From the NCBI GenBank assembly GCA_003971905.1, contig RSEE01000006.1:62001-126000 (forward strand): a stretch of 64,000 nt of DNA. The letters are read 5' to 3'. The position numbers and the translations under genes were made by a program. This DNA is from Moniliella sp. 'wahieum' (Eukaryota). Shown in pieces: positions 1 through 13,550 of this stretch; positions within the stretch are counted from its first letter, which is position 1; each line of letters opens with the position of its first letter. The notes under the pieces are model-generated. The model made no database searches. It was not told the origin of the DNA and saw only the letters and a program-made list of their open reading frames with translations.

Positions 1-252
1 AAAGTATTAATTTTTGGTGCGAACGGTGCGTTGAGGGGATTAGATGAGTATTTGCGCGAGCACAGGCACGCGCCCAGTGGCTCTCGCTGTCTTATCGCCG
101 CCCTTGGATGATGATTTGGTGGTTTGCGTGGATTATTATCATCGGCCGGGTGGCCCAACCACCGCCCGCTTCGCCATGCTCGTCTGCGTCCCGCACACAC
201 CCCGCTCCCTTCTCTCTTCTGCCCACTCCCCACACCCCACTCCTCCTCCGCC

Positions 253-3200
253 ATGTCCCCCCGCCGCCTGTCCGCCGCCCGCGCTCGTCCAGCCCACACA
301 CATCGCCCTCGCTCCGCCTCCTCTCCCCCCCCCCGCCGTGCCCACTCCCACGCCCGGCCACTCGACCTCGACACACAGGTGTCGCCCGACTGGGCACCAT
401 TGCCGTCCCCCCGCCCACCCACCTCTCTCGCGGATCTCCCCCCGATGTGCTCGTCGACGTGATGGTGATGCTGGGGAAAGAGCTGCTGTGGCACGACCCA
501 GCGCCCCCCTGTCTGCGATGGAAGGGTACGATGTACCGCGCGCGTACGATGGTGGATCGGCTGGAGCGATGTCCTGGCGAGCTCGATCGATTTCTCAGGT
601 CAGTCCTAGCTGGGCTACCTGTGCGCAAGCTGCGCAGGCGCGGCTAGGACGCTTGGCAGGACACGACACGAAGCACGCTGCGTCGGCGCCGGCGCTCGGC
701 TTCACGTTGCCTCGCTTCCGTTTCGAGCGATGCATTACTTTCATCCGCCATGCGCTCTATCCCGAGTGCCGATCCGGGCCAGTTGGACCGATTCTTCGGA
801 CCTTTGGTCCTCCTCCGAGACGCACCGGGACCCTGGGACGCGATGGTCCTACAATGATGTGGCACCAACGCAGATGGTCTGATGCGCGGTGTGACCACAC
901 CTGGATCTGTCTGGCGTGATAGGAGCCAGTGACGGGCTCTTTCTTCACTTGGTGAAAGCGACGGTACCTGTGCCGTCATCCTGTCCTCTCTGTCGATCCG
1001 GGGCAGCTGCTGACCGAACTGGACATCTCCTTCTGCATGGTGGTAACATCAGCGGCCCTTCAATTGGGGTTTGGGGCGATGCCTTCGCTCAAGGTGGTGC
1101 GAGCGGTGAACGTTCCCGGTCTGTCGTTGCATGCTCTCTTGACACTTGCCCGTACGGCCAGAGGAATCGAGTACTTGGACGTCTCGGGCCAGAGCGTGGA
1201 CGTGGTAGGTGGGGGGCTGAGTGCATGGGAGATGGAGCAAGCGGATCTGCGGAGACATCTTGCTCTTATTGCGCAGGACCCAGCTCGGTTTCGTTCGCAC
1301 ATTTCCACGTCCCTCTCACCGCGGCCACCAATGTACAACGGGGCATACGCTCCGCACATCGCAACGGAGGAGGATGTGGCCGATTCGGATTTTGCCCTGG
1401 ATGCTCTGGGGATTGTACAAGCCATCGCGTTGCTTCCCAATCTGCGGACCCTAAAGGCGGCCACTCGTCGCGGCTTCACGCCCATGCGATGAAGCGATTG
1501 TGCTGCGCCGCACCTACGCTCGAGGCACTAGACCTCAACCACACGGATCTCACGAACGAAGGGTTACGGGAGCTAGTCGCAGACCAGGAAGGCTTGGGCC
1601 CGGAAGGGCAACTGGACCGTTTCACCACCTACCCCACCGCACTCTTTCTCCCCCTCCCACTTGGACCAATTAAAGGTGCAGGGCGTCTGGCCGATTCCTC
1701 TCCCGTACACGGGCAAACGATTGACGTCTCTCCGTCGTCTTGGTCTGGCCAATTGTCTCTACCTGACCGATTCCGGCTTGGCCCAGTTGGCGGGGAGTGT
1801 GCCGCTGCTGACTGTGCTCGATCTGAGTTACACGGGGGTACCAGGCACGCTACACCCCTTCGACGGCGCAATGGTGGAGACCACGTCTATTCACCCCTCA
1901 AGTCAGCTGGGCTCAAACGGCTGTTCAAGACGCTTCCCTTGCTCGAACGACTCAGTCTCGACGGTAACGATGCGATGGAAGATGGTGTATTGGATCAGCT
2001 GGCAAACGCGCCCCAGCTGGCATATTACCATGCCCAACGCCATACTTGGAATACCCACCCTACCCCTCCCCGCCCCAGGCTACATCCCAGGACAAGCCCG
2101 CTTCCACACTCCTTTCGCCTCCGCCTCCCCCCTGTAAACAGCACCCGCCTGACCCACCTGCGGCTCACCAAGGCCATCGGCCTGACGGATGAAGGCGTGG
2201 CCCGCTTGGTAGCTGCCTCGCCTGCACTCGTAGCGTTGCACGTTGGTGCTAGTGGCGCCGGTCGTCAGACGGCCGCGCGCTTTCTCGAGCACCAGCACAC
2301 GCGGTCGCTTGGCCCAGGGCGCACCGCTACCAGTCGCCGCGGTGACGTTGCTCGTCGTACAGGTCAGAGCACCTGGGCCACCAGGAAGAAGGGAGTTCGA
2401 CGTTGTCCTCCCGTCCACGCAGCGTGGAAGCGGAGGTGGAAGCGGAGGTGGAAGCCAAAGTGGAAGCCAAGGTGGAAGCCAATGCGGAAGCCAAGTGGAA
2501 GCCAATGTGGAAGCTAGGGTAGAACCCCTGCTTCACATGGTCGATTCACCTCGTCTTCCCCGTACCCAAGACCTGTTGCGCCTGCGCACGCGCCCCGTCG
2601 AGCTCGGACAGGCAAGGCTTATGCCACTGCCAGTTACGAGGGGGGGCGGGAAAGTGTGGTACCTGAGCGCGTATTGCGTACATCGTCACTAGCCCGCGTA
2701 CCGAGATCTACGCTCCCTCCTGCTCGTCCTCCCCTGCGCTCAGGATCGTCTTCGTCGGCCGCGCAGGCTGGGGCGTGTTTCTTGCTGCGCTTTGGCAGGC
2801 GCGACTGGGAACCCCAGTTGAGCAGGGGGGAGAAGAAGAAGAAGAAGAAGGGCAGAGCGAACAAGAAGAAACGCAAGAGGAAGAGGAAGAGGCAGAAGAA
2901 GAAGGGAAGGGGAAGGGGAAGGGAGGGAGCACAGGATGACTATGGCGAGGACCAAGATGGCGAAGAAGATACGGAGGAGGAAGGTGAGGAAGGATACGAA
3001 CAGGGTGACGACAAAGGCGGGAAGAGGGAGATGAAGTGCCCGTGGCGACACTCGATCGATTTGGTCATTACCGGCGCACCAGACACTGTTGGCGCACCAG
3101 GCAGATCTGCACGAGTCAGACACGAGCCGGGTAGCCGTGACGAACAACCAGTCGTGGACGCGTGTACTGGAACATGGTACCCGGATGCGAGGGCTGGAGA

Positions 3201-3627
3201 TGAGCGCGCGACAAGAAACCACTCAGTATACACGACACCTGTGTCGCGCTCGGGTGCAGTACCATACGCGTGCGCGCCGTACGCGGACCGGTCAGGGACG
3301 CCGCGCGATTCCCTCGGCGGTCCGACGGTCAGCGTAGTGTCGGTTCGGTGCACGTGTCGTCGAGGAATGCGAGGAATGTTGGGGGGGCAGGTGCTTCCCC
3401 CACGCCGCCTCTTCCTGCGCCGGCTCCACCTGCGCCGCCGGACGAGCAGGATCTCGATCTGCCCATCACGCCGGGCGAAGCGTCCGATTGGAGTGTGGTG
3501 CCGGGCGCATGCTGCATTTCTTGACGTACGAAGCAGGTGGAGTGGCGGGCAAGCGACCGACAGAGACCAAGGCGGATGTGACATGTGTATGTCGATGGAT
3601 GTTGATTTTGGATCGATACGGACGTAA
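253..3627 (+). CDS. F-box / leucine-rich-repeat (RNI-like) protein with a Lys/Glu-rich low-complexity C-terminus; frameshifted, both ends uncertain
   Basis: F-box-like LADLPPDVLVDVMVML near 425-470 (across an indel). Multiple LRRs appear in different frames: LEALDLNHTDLTNEGLREL, LRRLGLANCLYLTDSGLAQL, LTVLDLSYT, LERLSLDGN, LTHLRLTKAIGLTDEGVARL. Joining the K/E-rich ORF 2656-3627 to this gene is inferred. Confidence 0.65.
2425..2524 (+). repeat. Imperfect 12-bp coding tandem repeat GTGGAAGC-NNNN (about 8 units, VEAE/VEAK)
   Basis: gtggaagcggag gtggaagcggag gtggaagccaaa gtggaagccaag gtggaagccaat... seen directly. Confidence 0.8.
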
Positions 3628-4024
3628 CGCGTAACGCACAACGACGCGTAACATGTAACAAGTGGCTCATTGTGACTTGGTTACAGATCTTAGGTCTAGC
3701 AGCTCGTAGTTGGTAGGATCGGCTACGCCCCACGTCTATACTAATAGCTCACTAACACGCCGCCCATCTAGATGCATTGCGCCCAGCGACCCAGCGAGTT
3801 CCCTGGGACAATGGGGCTGGGCTTTGCACAGCGGATCGATGGCAGTGACTATAGTGACGATACATGAGATGTAAGATTCGTTGTGAACCATCAGCCTGCA
3901 CAGAGACAGAGATGGGGGGGGAGGGGGAGGGAGGAGGGGAGGACAGATGGCCTCGTGGAAACGACCGGTCCCTTGGCCCTTTTTGTTAGGTCTCTCGACA
4001 CTACACCTACCGAATGCCGTTCCA

Positions 4025-5564
4025 TCTACTTGGCACACACATTGTGGCCGAAGCTGGCGCTGCTTCTTGGCTGCCAGCGCCGAGAGCGCTGCTCCAACAC
4101 CTGACCCATCCTTGGCCAATTCAATCTTGACCGCGACGCTCTCTTGGCCCAAAATTTCCACCAGCGCCTCGTGGATCCTCGCACGGAAGTGGGGGTACAG
4201 TTCGACCAGGGATCCGTCCGCGCCTACGTTGAGAGGGCCCGTGGACATTGGGCTTTGGCAGCGGCTTTTGTGGCTGCTGCGTGAACCAGCAATGGGTTGG
4301 GCATTGCCCGTGTGAATGACGGTTGCTGCGATGGCCGTGGCTGAGAGGCGAGCGGCGCGTGTCCCCCCCATCGACACACCCGCCGCACCGTTTCCACATC
4401 CTGCGGGTGAACGTACTTTTCCGCCGCACGCCCAGTTGGTGGATCAAAGATTTCGCGTGTCTTGTTCTTGGGTCGTTCGAGGCCAAGCCCGAATCATGTC
4501 CGCCTCGATGCCCGACATGATGTAGGTTTTCCAACTGGTACTTGTTGTTGAGGCTATCGGCCGCAAAGCCATCAAACAGCAGCAATTGGTCAATCATGTT
4601 GACCAGTACCGAGCGGAACACTTCGCCAAGGTACATGCCACTGATCATCTTTCGAAAATATGATGACGTTGCCGGATGGCCGTCCGATCGACCTTGTTGT
4701 CGTACTGCGTCACGGGCAACGCTTGACGCGCATTGTCAAGCTCCCCCACTCTGTATTGAAATATCATGTGGGTGGGCCTTGGGCACCTTCGGCAGGACGC
4801 ACCTCGATCTTGCCAATCGCATCGATCGACTCGAGATAGGCGCCGTTGGTTCCCGTGCCAAAGATGGCACCCAGTAACGAGCCGCCCTGGGTACGCGACG
4901 TGAGCAAACGTGCCGGTCGTGTCGTTGATCAAGGCTCAACCTTGACTTTCAAGTGACGCTTTCCGACCGCGATTGCAGCAGCTGGACCATATCCTTGCCC
5001 ACGGCGTCGGGCAGTTGAAGCCCTTGCTCAGGAGATGAGTGTGCCCGAGTTGATGGACTTTTGCTCGACGGGGAAGGAGAAGGTAAATCCAAGGGACAAG
5101 TGCTCGTCGCCCACGTCCACGTCCGTGCCATAGTCATTGAGGAAGACATCGACCGACTCGGCCATGTAGGCAAACAGGTTGGCCACAGGGCCCGTCTTGA
5201 GACTGTCCTGGACCTTGTACTTTTCCTGCTTGACGCTGACCTTACCGTGACCCTCGAGGGTGATGGCGCAGACGCGCAGGTTGGTGCCACCGAGGTCCAT
5301 GGCCAGGTAGGTGCCCGTCTCGGAGCCGTCGGGGAGGCCGGTGACAAAGGTGGGGATCATGGACATGGCGGCATTGTTGTGGTTGAGGCCATAGTCCATC
5401 AGGTCGCTAAAGTGGTCGGCAATGGCGAGGAGGTGGCTGCGGGTGAGGGTGAACTGGCGCTCGATGTTGCCGAGGACATGGGCGAGGGTCATGCCGTTGA
5501 CGCCCACGACGTCGGCGCCAAAGCGGGTGTCGGGGGTGCCATCGGCGCGCAGGGCAGGGGCCAT
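4025..5564 (-). CDS. Hexokinase/glucokinase (frameshifted)
   Basis: MIPTFVTGLPDGSETGTYLAMDLGGTNLRVC, LGFTFSFPVEQ, LINDTTGT, MISGMYLGE, GADGSLVELYP and AKDGSGVGAAL are classical hexokinase motifs. ATG at 5564; 3' end approximate. Confidence 0.95.
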
Positions 5565-6797
5565 GGTGCGAGCAGGAGGTGGCGGAGGGCGGCGAGAGAA
5601 GGTGGGGTGTAGGGGTGAGGATGTGTGCCCGCAAAAGCCTGCCGGGGGGCCGCCTGGGGGCCGCCTGGGGCCAGCCTTGGTTGGGCGTCTTTCTTGGCCT
5701 GCGTTTCTTGGCCCGCCGTGCGTGGGTGACGACATAACCCGCGCAGCCCACAGTGCGCCTGTGCCCGCACCCTGCACCCGCACCACCCGCAGGCACCTGC
5801 CCAGTCTCCCTCGCGCACGGGCCAGAGCCAACCCTAGCGCCCGCGCGCCGCGTGGCGCCAGTGTGGCCTGGGTGCCCTCGCGGCCAAAGTTTGGGCGTTG
5901 CTGTTAATTTGATGAGTCGATGCGATCGCTGAGCGCAGGAACAGCTACGAGCCCCGAGGCCGTCCTCCACCACACACGCCGCCCCCTGCGGCCGATGGTG
6001 TTGCTGGAGGCGCAACTCGGCAAGTGGAGCTCAGCGTCCTGCCTCGAGCTGCGCGCTGGGTGTGCCTGGTGTGCTCTGCCAAGCACTCACCCGTATCCCC
6101 GGAACGGCAGCAGAATCGACCGACCTTGGCCAGTTTCGGCACGCATTACACGCATCACATGCATCACAGCAAGCCAGCTTGGTCGTCACCACGTCACCTG
6201 CGCCCACCGCTCAGCCGCTCAGCGGTCCGGCACCGCCCATTGGCAAGGTAATATAGGGAGTGCTATAGGATTCCCCTCCACCCCCCCTCCAGTTGTTTGG
6301 TGGCGCTCGCCTGGCCGATCGGAAGCGTTCCGCTCGCCTCCCAGATCTCAGGCTCTGTGCACCCCTGACTGGCTCCATCTGCCTCCTCTGCTGCCTGTCT
6401 CCTGCCCGTAAGACGTTACTTGAAGACGGATGGCTCACCACTTGGTGCCTTCTCGCCGTGTCGGAAGGCTGCGTCGCAGATCAGGCTGTCTCCCACAGCA
6501 TCCCCGAGTGCTCCCAAGCAACCCGCACTGTGTCCCCGTCGGCCACCTAGCGGCCGCTGCCCTTCCAATTTCACATTTCAGATCCAGCCAAGGAAATGTG
6601 AAATTGAAAAGCACCGTGGAGCAGACCATGCCTGCTGATGTCAGCAGCGCGCCCGTCTCGCCGGCGCCGACGTGGAACTACTGGCTGGCTGCCTGGGCCG
6701 GCGGGCCCACGGGCAAGGGCGCCGGAACCAGGTTGCCTCGTCTGCCCTGGTTTGCTTTGCTGCGCCACCATCTTGCCTTGCCTGCGCTCTGCCCTCC

Positions 6798-8155
6798 ATG
6801 TCGCTTCCCACGTCCGGCTACGACGCACACCAGCGGCTCCGCGCCAAAGTGGTGCGTCTGCTCGCCAAGAAGAACTACGACAAGGCGACCCAGGCGCTGT
6901 ATGATGGCTCGGTGGCCCAGCTCAAGGCGGGCGAGCAGGCGAGTGGGGTGGATTTGGCCGTGTACATGGTGGATGTGTATGCGCAGCAACACATGCCTGT
7001 CGACCCTACGCGCACCGAGCATGTCGTCCACATCCTTCGCGAAACGCAAGACGACTGGTGGCGCCAGAAGCTGCTGCAGGCGATCGTCAAGTGGGCCGAA
7101 GCGCAGCCCGCTGAGCATGGTGCTGCAGCGCGCCGGCTGCGTGGGCAGATTGGCCAGTTCCTCTGGTCGGCCGGCGACTTCCGTGCATCCGAGGGACACC
7201 TGATTGCCGCACTTCCCAATCCGGCGTCGTTGCCGTCGGTAGCTGAGGACGAGGTCAGCCCAGCAGTGCTGCTTGGCCAGATGCAGGTGGATTGGCTCCT
7301 GGCCCATGCTGCCAAGACAACCGAGACGTACAAGGACCACAGCAATCCTCCTAGCAAAGAGGCCAGCGTCCGTATTGAGGCCGGCCGGTTTGCGCTGCGT
7401 GGTACACTGATTTTGCTTGTGGAGGGCCAGGTGGCTGCTGCCTTGGCCTACTTGGACACGTTCTTGCATACCTTGGTCGCCAAGCCAGAGGCAAGCAACT
7501 TCCTCCTGCCTGTCACACCCAACCCCAAGACCTTTGTGCCTCCTCCTGGCGTCACACCTCCCCCTCGCTTGGCACCCCCCTTGCTCCCTGGTGCAGCGAC
7601 TTCGTACAAACAGCCTCTTTGGCTGACGGGCAATGCGGATGTTAACTTTGTCCAGATGCTGTTGGGACTGATCGACACTGCCTACGTCTACAAGGGCGAA
7701 GGCCCAGCTTTCGCTTCGCATGCAGGGGGCAAGGCGGGTGTGCTCCCCGTTGCACTCAAGAACTCCTACGCCGTCTTGGTCCGCCAGTACCAAAAGGAAG
7801 GCATTGCAGTCCAAGTGGACGAACTTGTGGCGACGGTACGTACCGTGTGCTTGGGATGGTAGTCAGGACATTGAATAAAAAGGTATGCTAACCTGTTGAT
7901 GTGGGTGCAGAACCTCAATGCTCTTCCTTCGCTCTACTTGGACGCACCCCCGGCCAAAGGAGGCAACATGCTGCCGATATGATGAGCGGATTGCTGGGTG
8001 GTGGTGCCCTCTCGGCGCCGAAAGCACAAGGGACCGAATGGCTTGCCTACCGCCCGTGGCCTGAACCTGAAATTCTTCCCGCCCCAGAGCCGGCGCCTGA
8101 GACGTCAGAGGAGCCTAGCGCTGACGACGAAGAGGGTGATCTGGACTTGGATTGA
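6798..8155 (+). CDS. GET4: Golgi-to-ER traffic protein 4 (GET pathway); one intron at about 7837-7910
   Basis: N-terminus GYDAHQRLRAKVVRLLAKKNYDKATQALYDGSVAQLKAGEQASGVDLA matches the Get4 pattern. Intron GTACGT...GCTAAC...CAG. Acidic C-terminus ...DLDLD*. Confidence 0.85.
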
Positions 8156-8424
8156 GCCGCATTCTGGTGTGCGGGGTCGTTTTTTCGTGGGAGGTTCTGT
8201 CAGCTGCACTTGTGCACGATATACTCTTTCATATGGGTTCACATCATTGGCATTTGGTTAGGGGTTGTTGAACTCCTAGGAAAAGAGAGGATAGGGATGG
8301 TTTTGCGTCCGGGTCCATCCCTCAAGACCAATTAGTAAGGCGCAGGCAGTGTTGCATCGTGTCCGTTGATTACCCTCTGTGGAAGAGGCGCATCGTGCAA
8401 GTCATGGCCCTCCCCACTCCCTCA

Positions 8425-9454
8425 TCAGCGCACCACCTCCTTGCCGTAGTCATACATTCCAAAGAATTTGGATCCTTCAGTTTGGTCAGCATACAACTGA
8501 GCTCCGCGCCGCAGTTTGCCGTGATGCTCGCGTTCGTGGGCCAGGCGTAGGGTCTTGTCTTCGCGAAGCCAAGCGAGCGCGATGCGGAAGAGGAGGGAAG
8601 GATCTTTCGTCATATCGTCCGGCACATCCACTCCCGCAGGCAACAGCCCTGCTCTCCTTCGTAGGCGGCCAAAGTAGTCCGTTTGGCGGCACCGTCTCGC
8701 CCAACCGCATGTGCACGACATGCGTTGGGAAGGAGGAGAGACCATCAAAAATGTGAGTTGCGTCTGTGTGAGGGCGGGGAGGCAGAGCCGACAGATAAAG
8801 GAGGCGTAAGGTCAGAGGAGTGCGTATGAGCAAAGGGGAGAAAAAAAACGTACAGACAATGGTCGCGTTGCGCTGCTTGGTCTCGAGCACGAGAAAGTCG
8901 AGCAAGTCCTGTCGCACCTGCACGTCCAGGTCCACCGTCACCTCGTCGAGCAACAACAAATCAAAGGGAGCCATGAGACCCATGCAGAGCTGCACACGCC
9001 TCCGCTCTCCATCGGAAATCGAGTTCATGTGCCAAGTGGTATCAATGTCGAGCAAGTCGAGGAGATGGTCACGGCGTTCCGGGTAGCGCCAGCCGCCAAC
9101 CGAGTGAAGGAACTCGCTCACGACAATGTCCGACTCGACCACAATGCGGTTCGAGGCCCACTCGGTGCCGAGGAAGGAAACAATCTCCTTGGGAGTCGCG
9201 TAGAAGGGGTTGAGGCCAAAGGTGTGGATCGCACCTTCCTTGCACATGCGCTTGCCGGCCAGCAGGCGCAGCAGCGTGCTCTTGCCTGCGCCGTTGGGGC
9301 CCAGCAGGAGGCAGCGGGCGCCGCGGGGGAGGTGGATGGTGCAGTTGGTGAGGGCCGGCTCGGGGGAGACGGGGGCGATGTAGAAGGTCAGGCCCTCCAC
9401 CTCGACCGCCCATTCGGACGGCCGCGCATCCGAGGGCGCGGGAGCAGCAGCCAT
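8425..9454 (-). CDS. CAF16: CCR4-associated factor 16-like soluble ABC ATPase; intron 8764-8853
   Basis: Walker A GPNGAGKST, FLGTEW, signature ISDGERRRVQL, LLLDEVTVDLDV and ATHIFDGL, all typical of Caf16. Confidence 0.9.
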
Positions 9455-9823
9455 GGTGGCGTCGCCGGTGCTCCGTCCGTCGGTGCGCTCGGCCGGCGGG
9501 GTTCGCCAGGCGGGGGGGCGTGGCGTTGGAATGCGATTCCGCCGCCGCGCGCATTCCGCTGTGGGCCCGAAACCTGGCAGCGAAAGCGCAACACTGGCGC
9601 CGTGCGTGCAGAGTGGAGCAGCGGGCCCAGCACGGCGCCGCACTGCTCAGCACAAACGCACGGCGCCAGTGTCCGCCACCTGCCTCGCCCTGCCGATCGG
9701 CGGTGCATTCAAGCTAGCTGGGTGAGTTCGCCTGCTCTGTCACAGGACGCCCACCTCCGACCCCACCCCCTGCCGTCCCACCACCACCACCTCCTCCTCC
9801 TCCTCCTCCTGCCCCTCTCGCCC

Positions 9824-12800
9824 ATGGGCTGGAGCCTCTTCAAGAGCGGCGACGGCCCCAGCAACGCCGACGACGACGATGCCAAGGATGCCCGTCTCGA
9901 CCGCAAGACCCGTCGCCAGGCCGACAAGGCCAGCCGCGCCATCGCCAAGAGCGCCGAACGCGACCTGAAAAAGTACGAGGCCCGCTACGCCAAACGCCTC
10001 GAAAGCGACTCGGCCGCCCCACCGCCCTTTTCTCCCGCCGACACCCTCCCCATCCCTGGCTCGGCTCTGCCGGCTGCCTCGCCCGACCTCTACCCCACCT
10101 CCTTGCCGTCCCTGCCCGCGGCCCCGCCCGCGCCCATGCCCAGCTTCCCGCCCAGCAGCCCTGCCAGAGGCTCTCTCTCCCACTCCACCCCCTTCCCTGC
10201 CTTCGCTCGCGCCACCGATCAAGCCCATACTCCTCCTCCGGGTGCACCAAATCACCGCGCCAGCATGTTCAATCCAGGCGAGCTTGTTCCGGGGACGGTG
10301 GTGCCCCGCGCACCTGTGTCGCCAGCCCGTTTGTCGTCCCCTTCTTTCAACCCCAACGGGTCACCAGTGCGCCATCCCTCTGCGCTGATCCCTAGCGGGA
10401 ATGTGGCCGGGGTAGGTACTTCTCGAAGCGGTACCCCCGGGGCCGCCACGTCCCGATCTGGATCGCGACGCAACTCGGCCTTTCTTGACTATGTCCGAGG
10501 ACGGACACAGAGTAATGGTGCGAGTAGTGATTACCAGTCGCGCTGGGATCCGGGCCGCCGGGCCTCCACCTTTACCTCAGGAAGCAGTCTGCCTGCTCTT
10601 GACTTTGGGCGCCCGTTATCCACCGAGCCGGTCCAAGATCGCCCCCCTCGCTCCGCCGGATCCGTCATGGAGCGCAGTCGGAGCGGCAGTGCGCAGGGTT
10701 CTTTTTCCTCCCCACTCCGACCGGCTCCATCGAACAACTCGGAAGAGCTTCAAGCGGAAATTGCATCTCTGCGCAGAACATTGCTCAGTTGCGGCGGACA
10801 AGCGAGGACTTGGAGTCGCTCATGTCCGGGCCCCGGTTGTCTGACATGAGTTCGCCGCCCGTTCAAGGAAGAGGGGAGCGCACGATGAGCGATCCGCCCT
10901 CCCTTGCGGGCGCTCTTGAAGCAGCCTCGCACCCCTGGCGAATTTCTGTCTTTACTCCGGGTGTAACGCGCACACTTGCTGAACCCACTCCGCTCTTCTC
11001 ACCCCCTTCGACGGGACCCGGAGGTGCGGCAGGGAACAATGCGACTGTTCTTCCACCTGTTGGGGCAGCCCCTTCTCAACCCCCCATTGGCACTACTTCC
11101 GGTGCCCAGGTCGCCCCCGCTGCGCCAGTCCCCATGCCTACGTTCATTACCCAACAGCGGGGCCTGGCACCCACGTCTTCCAGCCTCCCTCCCGAGGCTA
11201 TACCCATCTTGCTCCTCTTCCCACCGCCTCTGAGGCTGAAGGGGAAGATGGAGTGCTGGACTCTACCGACACCACGCCTGCGCCCTCGACGGACCAACAT
11301 CATACCCCGTTGGCCATCCCTCCGCAGCTAGACCGCCCGCACAAGGACTGGTTCAAGGGCGACAACTACACTCCTTTCCCCTCGGAAGGGCAGGTGGGGC
11401 GGGAAATGAAGAAGTACCTTCTTGCCTCGGACAGTGTGGAGGAAGCCAAGGCCAAGTCGCGCGAGGCAGGTCGTTTGGCACTGTATCCCGATGAGACGGC
11501 ACTGAAAAAGATGGACGCGGACCTGCGTCGTCGGGGGAACAAGACGAGTACGCCACCATGACCGCTGACGAGGAACGAGCCCGCTGGAAAAGTTCCGGCC
11601 CCACTACCAGGCCGAGGAGGACAATCCTTGGTCCGGAGTGCCCCGTCGGGCCCAGCAGCGCGGTCAAGAACGGGATGCCCGCCGTGCAGCAGCAGCAGCT
11701 GCTGCTGCCGCTGCATCTGGCGCAGCCACCCCACGTCGTCACTCACATACCCCCGGTACTGCAACACCTCGCCATCCCGCCAAGGGCAGCGGAGGTGCCA
11801 CCACCCCTTTCCCGGGGGCACACCGAGTGTGTATGGTGCCCCGGGGGATACGCCACGCCGGGTGGGATGATGACGCCTGGAGGCATGATGACCCCTGGGG
11901 GTATGAACCCCGGGGGGCATGATGACACCTGGAGGAATGATGACACGGGTGGTATGATGACACCTGGCGGTATGATGACGCCTGGTGGCATGATGGCGCC
12001 GGGTATGATGGGGGGCATGATGACGCCTCCAGGTTTTATGCCCGGTGCAATGGGTCCAATGAAAAAGGAGCGTGGCAAGACGATTGCGCAGCTGGAGGAC
12101 CGGCACAAAGAGCGACTTGCGGCGATGCAGGCTGGCGCCAAGGTGAACATGGAGAAAACGCGGTTGCTGCAGATTGAGCGGCAAAAAGTGGCGCAGGCGC
12201 AGGAAGAGAGGGAACGGGCGGCCAAAGCGTTGGAGGTATCGACCAAAACGTCTGACAAGGACAAGGATAAGGACAAGGACAAGAAGAAGAGTCTTAAGGC
12301 CGATCGCGCTGGAGGCAAAGCGCTGTCAGCTTGCCACCTCCTACCGCCACTCCTCGCGCTAGCAAGAGCTTTGACCACAACCCTCTTTCTCGCCCGGACG
12401 GCCGTTCCCCGGAGCGCTCTGACGCTCTGGCCGCGGCGCCGTCGCCCGGACCTGGCGAACGGGAGAAGAAGACGAAGATGGTCAACCGCATGTCGACCAT
12501 GTCGTTTGCTATGCCCGGTGCGCCACAGCCTACGCCACGGGCATCCATGTACGGCGCGCCGGCACAAATGGCTTTGACCGGCCCGACGCCGACGCCACGG
12601 CAAGTGTGCTGTTTGGTTCGGGTGGCGGTGCGGGCGCGGGTGCGAGCGCGGGCGCTGTACCAGCCAAGGCGGGAGTGGGCGCGATGGGGGAGACGATGAC
12701 GCCGCGGCAAAGTGTGTACGGGTACGGGCCTAATGGGGGGTTGGACGCGGTGCAGCGTCCTGCGTTGATGGCTACCCAATCGACGCCTGCTGTGCTCGAG

Positions 12801-12981
12801 ACGGCCAAGCCTAAGCCCAAGAAGAGTTGACTGAGACGGACCGACGAAGAAAGCTGAGATGCGAGGATCGCAACCGCTTCTCTCGTTTGAAGGACCTTTA
12901 CTCCAGGAGGCTCGCGACCGTGCTGAGCAGGCCAAGAATCAGCATCAGCGCATTAGCATGCAATTGCTCAACCAGTATTGA
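9824..12981 (+). CDS. Large Pro/Ser-rich low-complexity protein with coiled coils and GGMMTP repeats; function unknown, frameshifted
   Basis: Coding-like ORF pieces run from MGWSLFKSG through SEELQAEIASLRR and KKERGKTIAQLEDRHKERLAAMQ to ...QLLNQY*. No family recognised. Confidence 0.6.
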
Positions 12982-13550
12982 CACTACCTTGTTTTCGTGC
13001 AACGTTCCTCTTCCCCTATTCCTCTCTTCTCCTCTTCTCCTCTTCCTTGTTGGGCATGCGTACAGTCCTTGTTTCCCTTGTTTCCTCCGTTCATTCCTGT
13101 CCTGCTCATAACGGACCACCTGTTTTGTCATTCTTCTCTCCTACACATCTATCAAGCCTGGCACACTGGCATTTTGCTACCTGTCAAGCTGGCCCTCGAC
13201 ACACACAGTCCCTCTCGTTTCTGCCCACCTCGACCGCGCAGTGTTTTTTTTGTGCGAGGGGGCATTGCCAGCTTGTGACGACAACGTATTTACGAGGACC
13301 CTGGGACCAACTCTGGCGACTAGAGAAGGGAAGACGCGAGGGCGGGAGAGAAGAGACAGAAAACCCCATGTCCGGATCGGAGGGGGTGGGAGATGGGAGG
13401 GCAGAGAGAAGCACTTCAATGCAAAGGCAGGGAAAAGAAAGGCGCAAAGAAGATTTCTAAGACCCATGGGAGGGAGGGACCGTGGTCCGGCGCAGAGCGC
13501 AGAGCATAGACGGTAGAAAAGTAGAAACCTCACCGGCTTACCGGCCACCT

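Noticed and set aside
6678..7814. Long antisense ORFs (this 378-aa one, 13908-14930, 27703-28911, 54134-55108)
   Set aside because: They are shadows of GC-rich codon usage on the opposite strand of recognised genes and show no motifs
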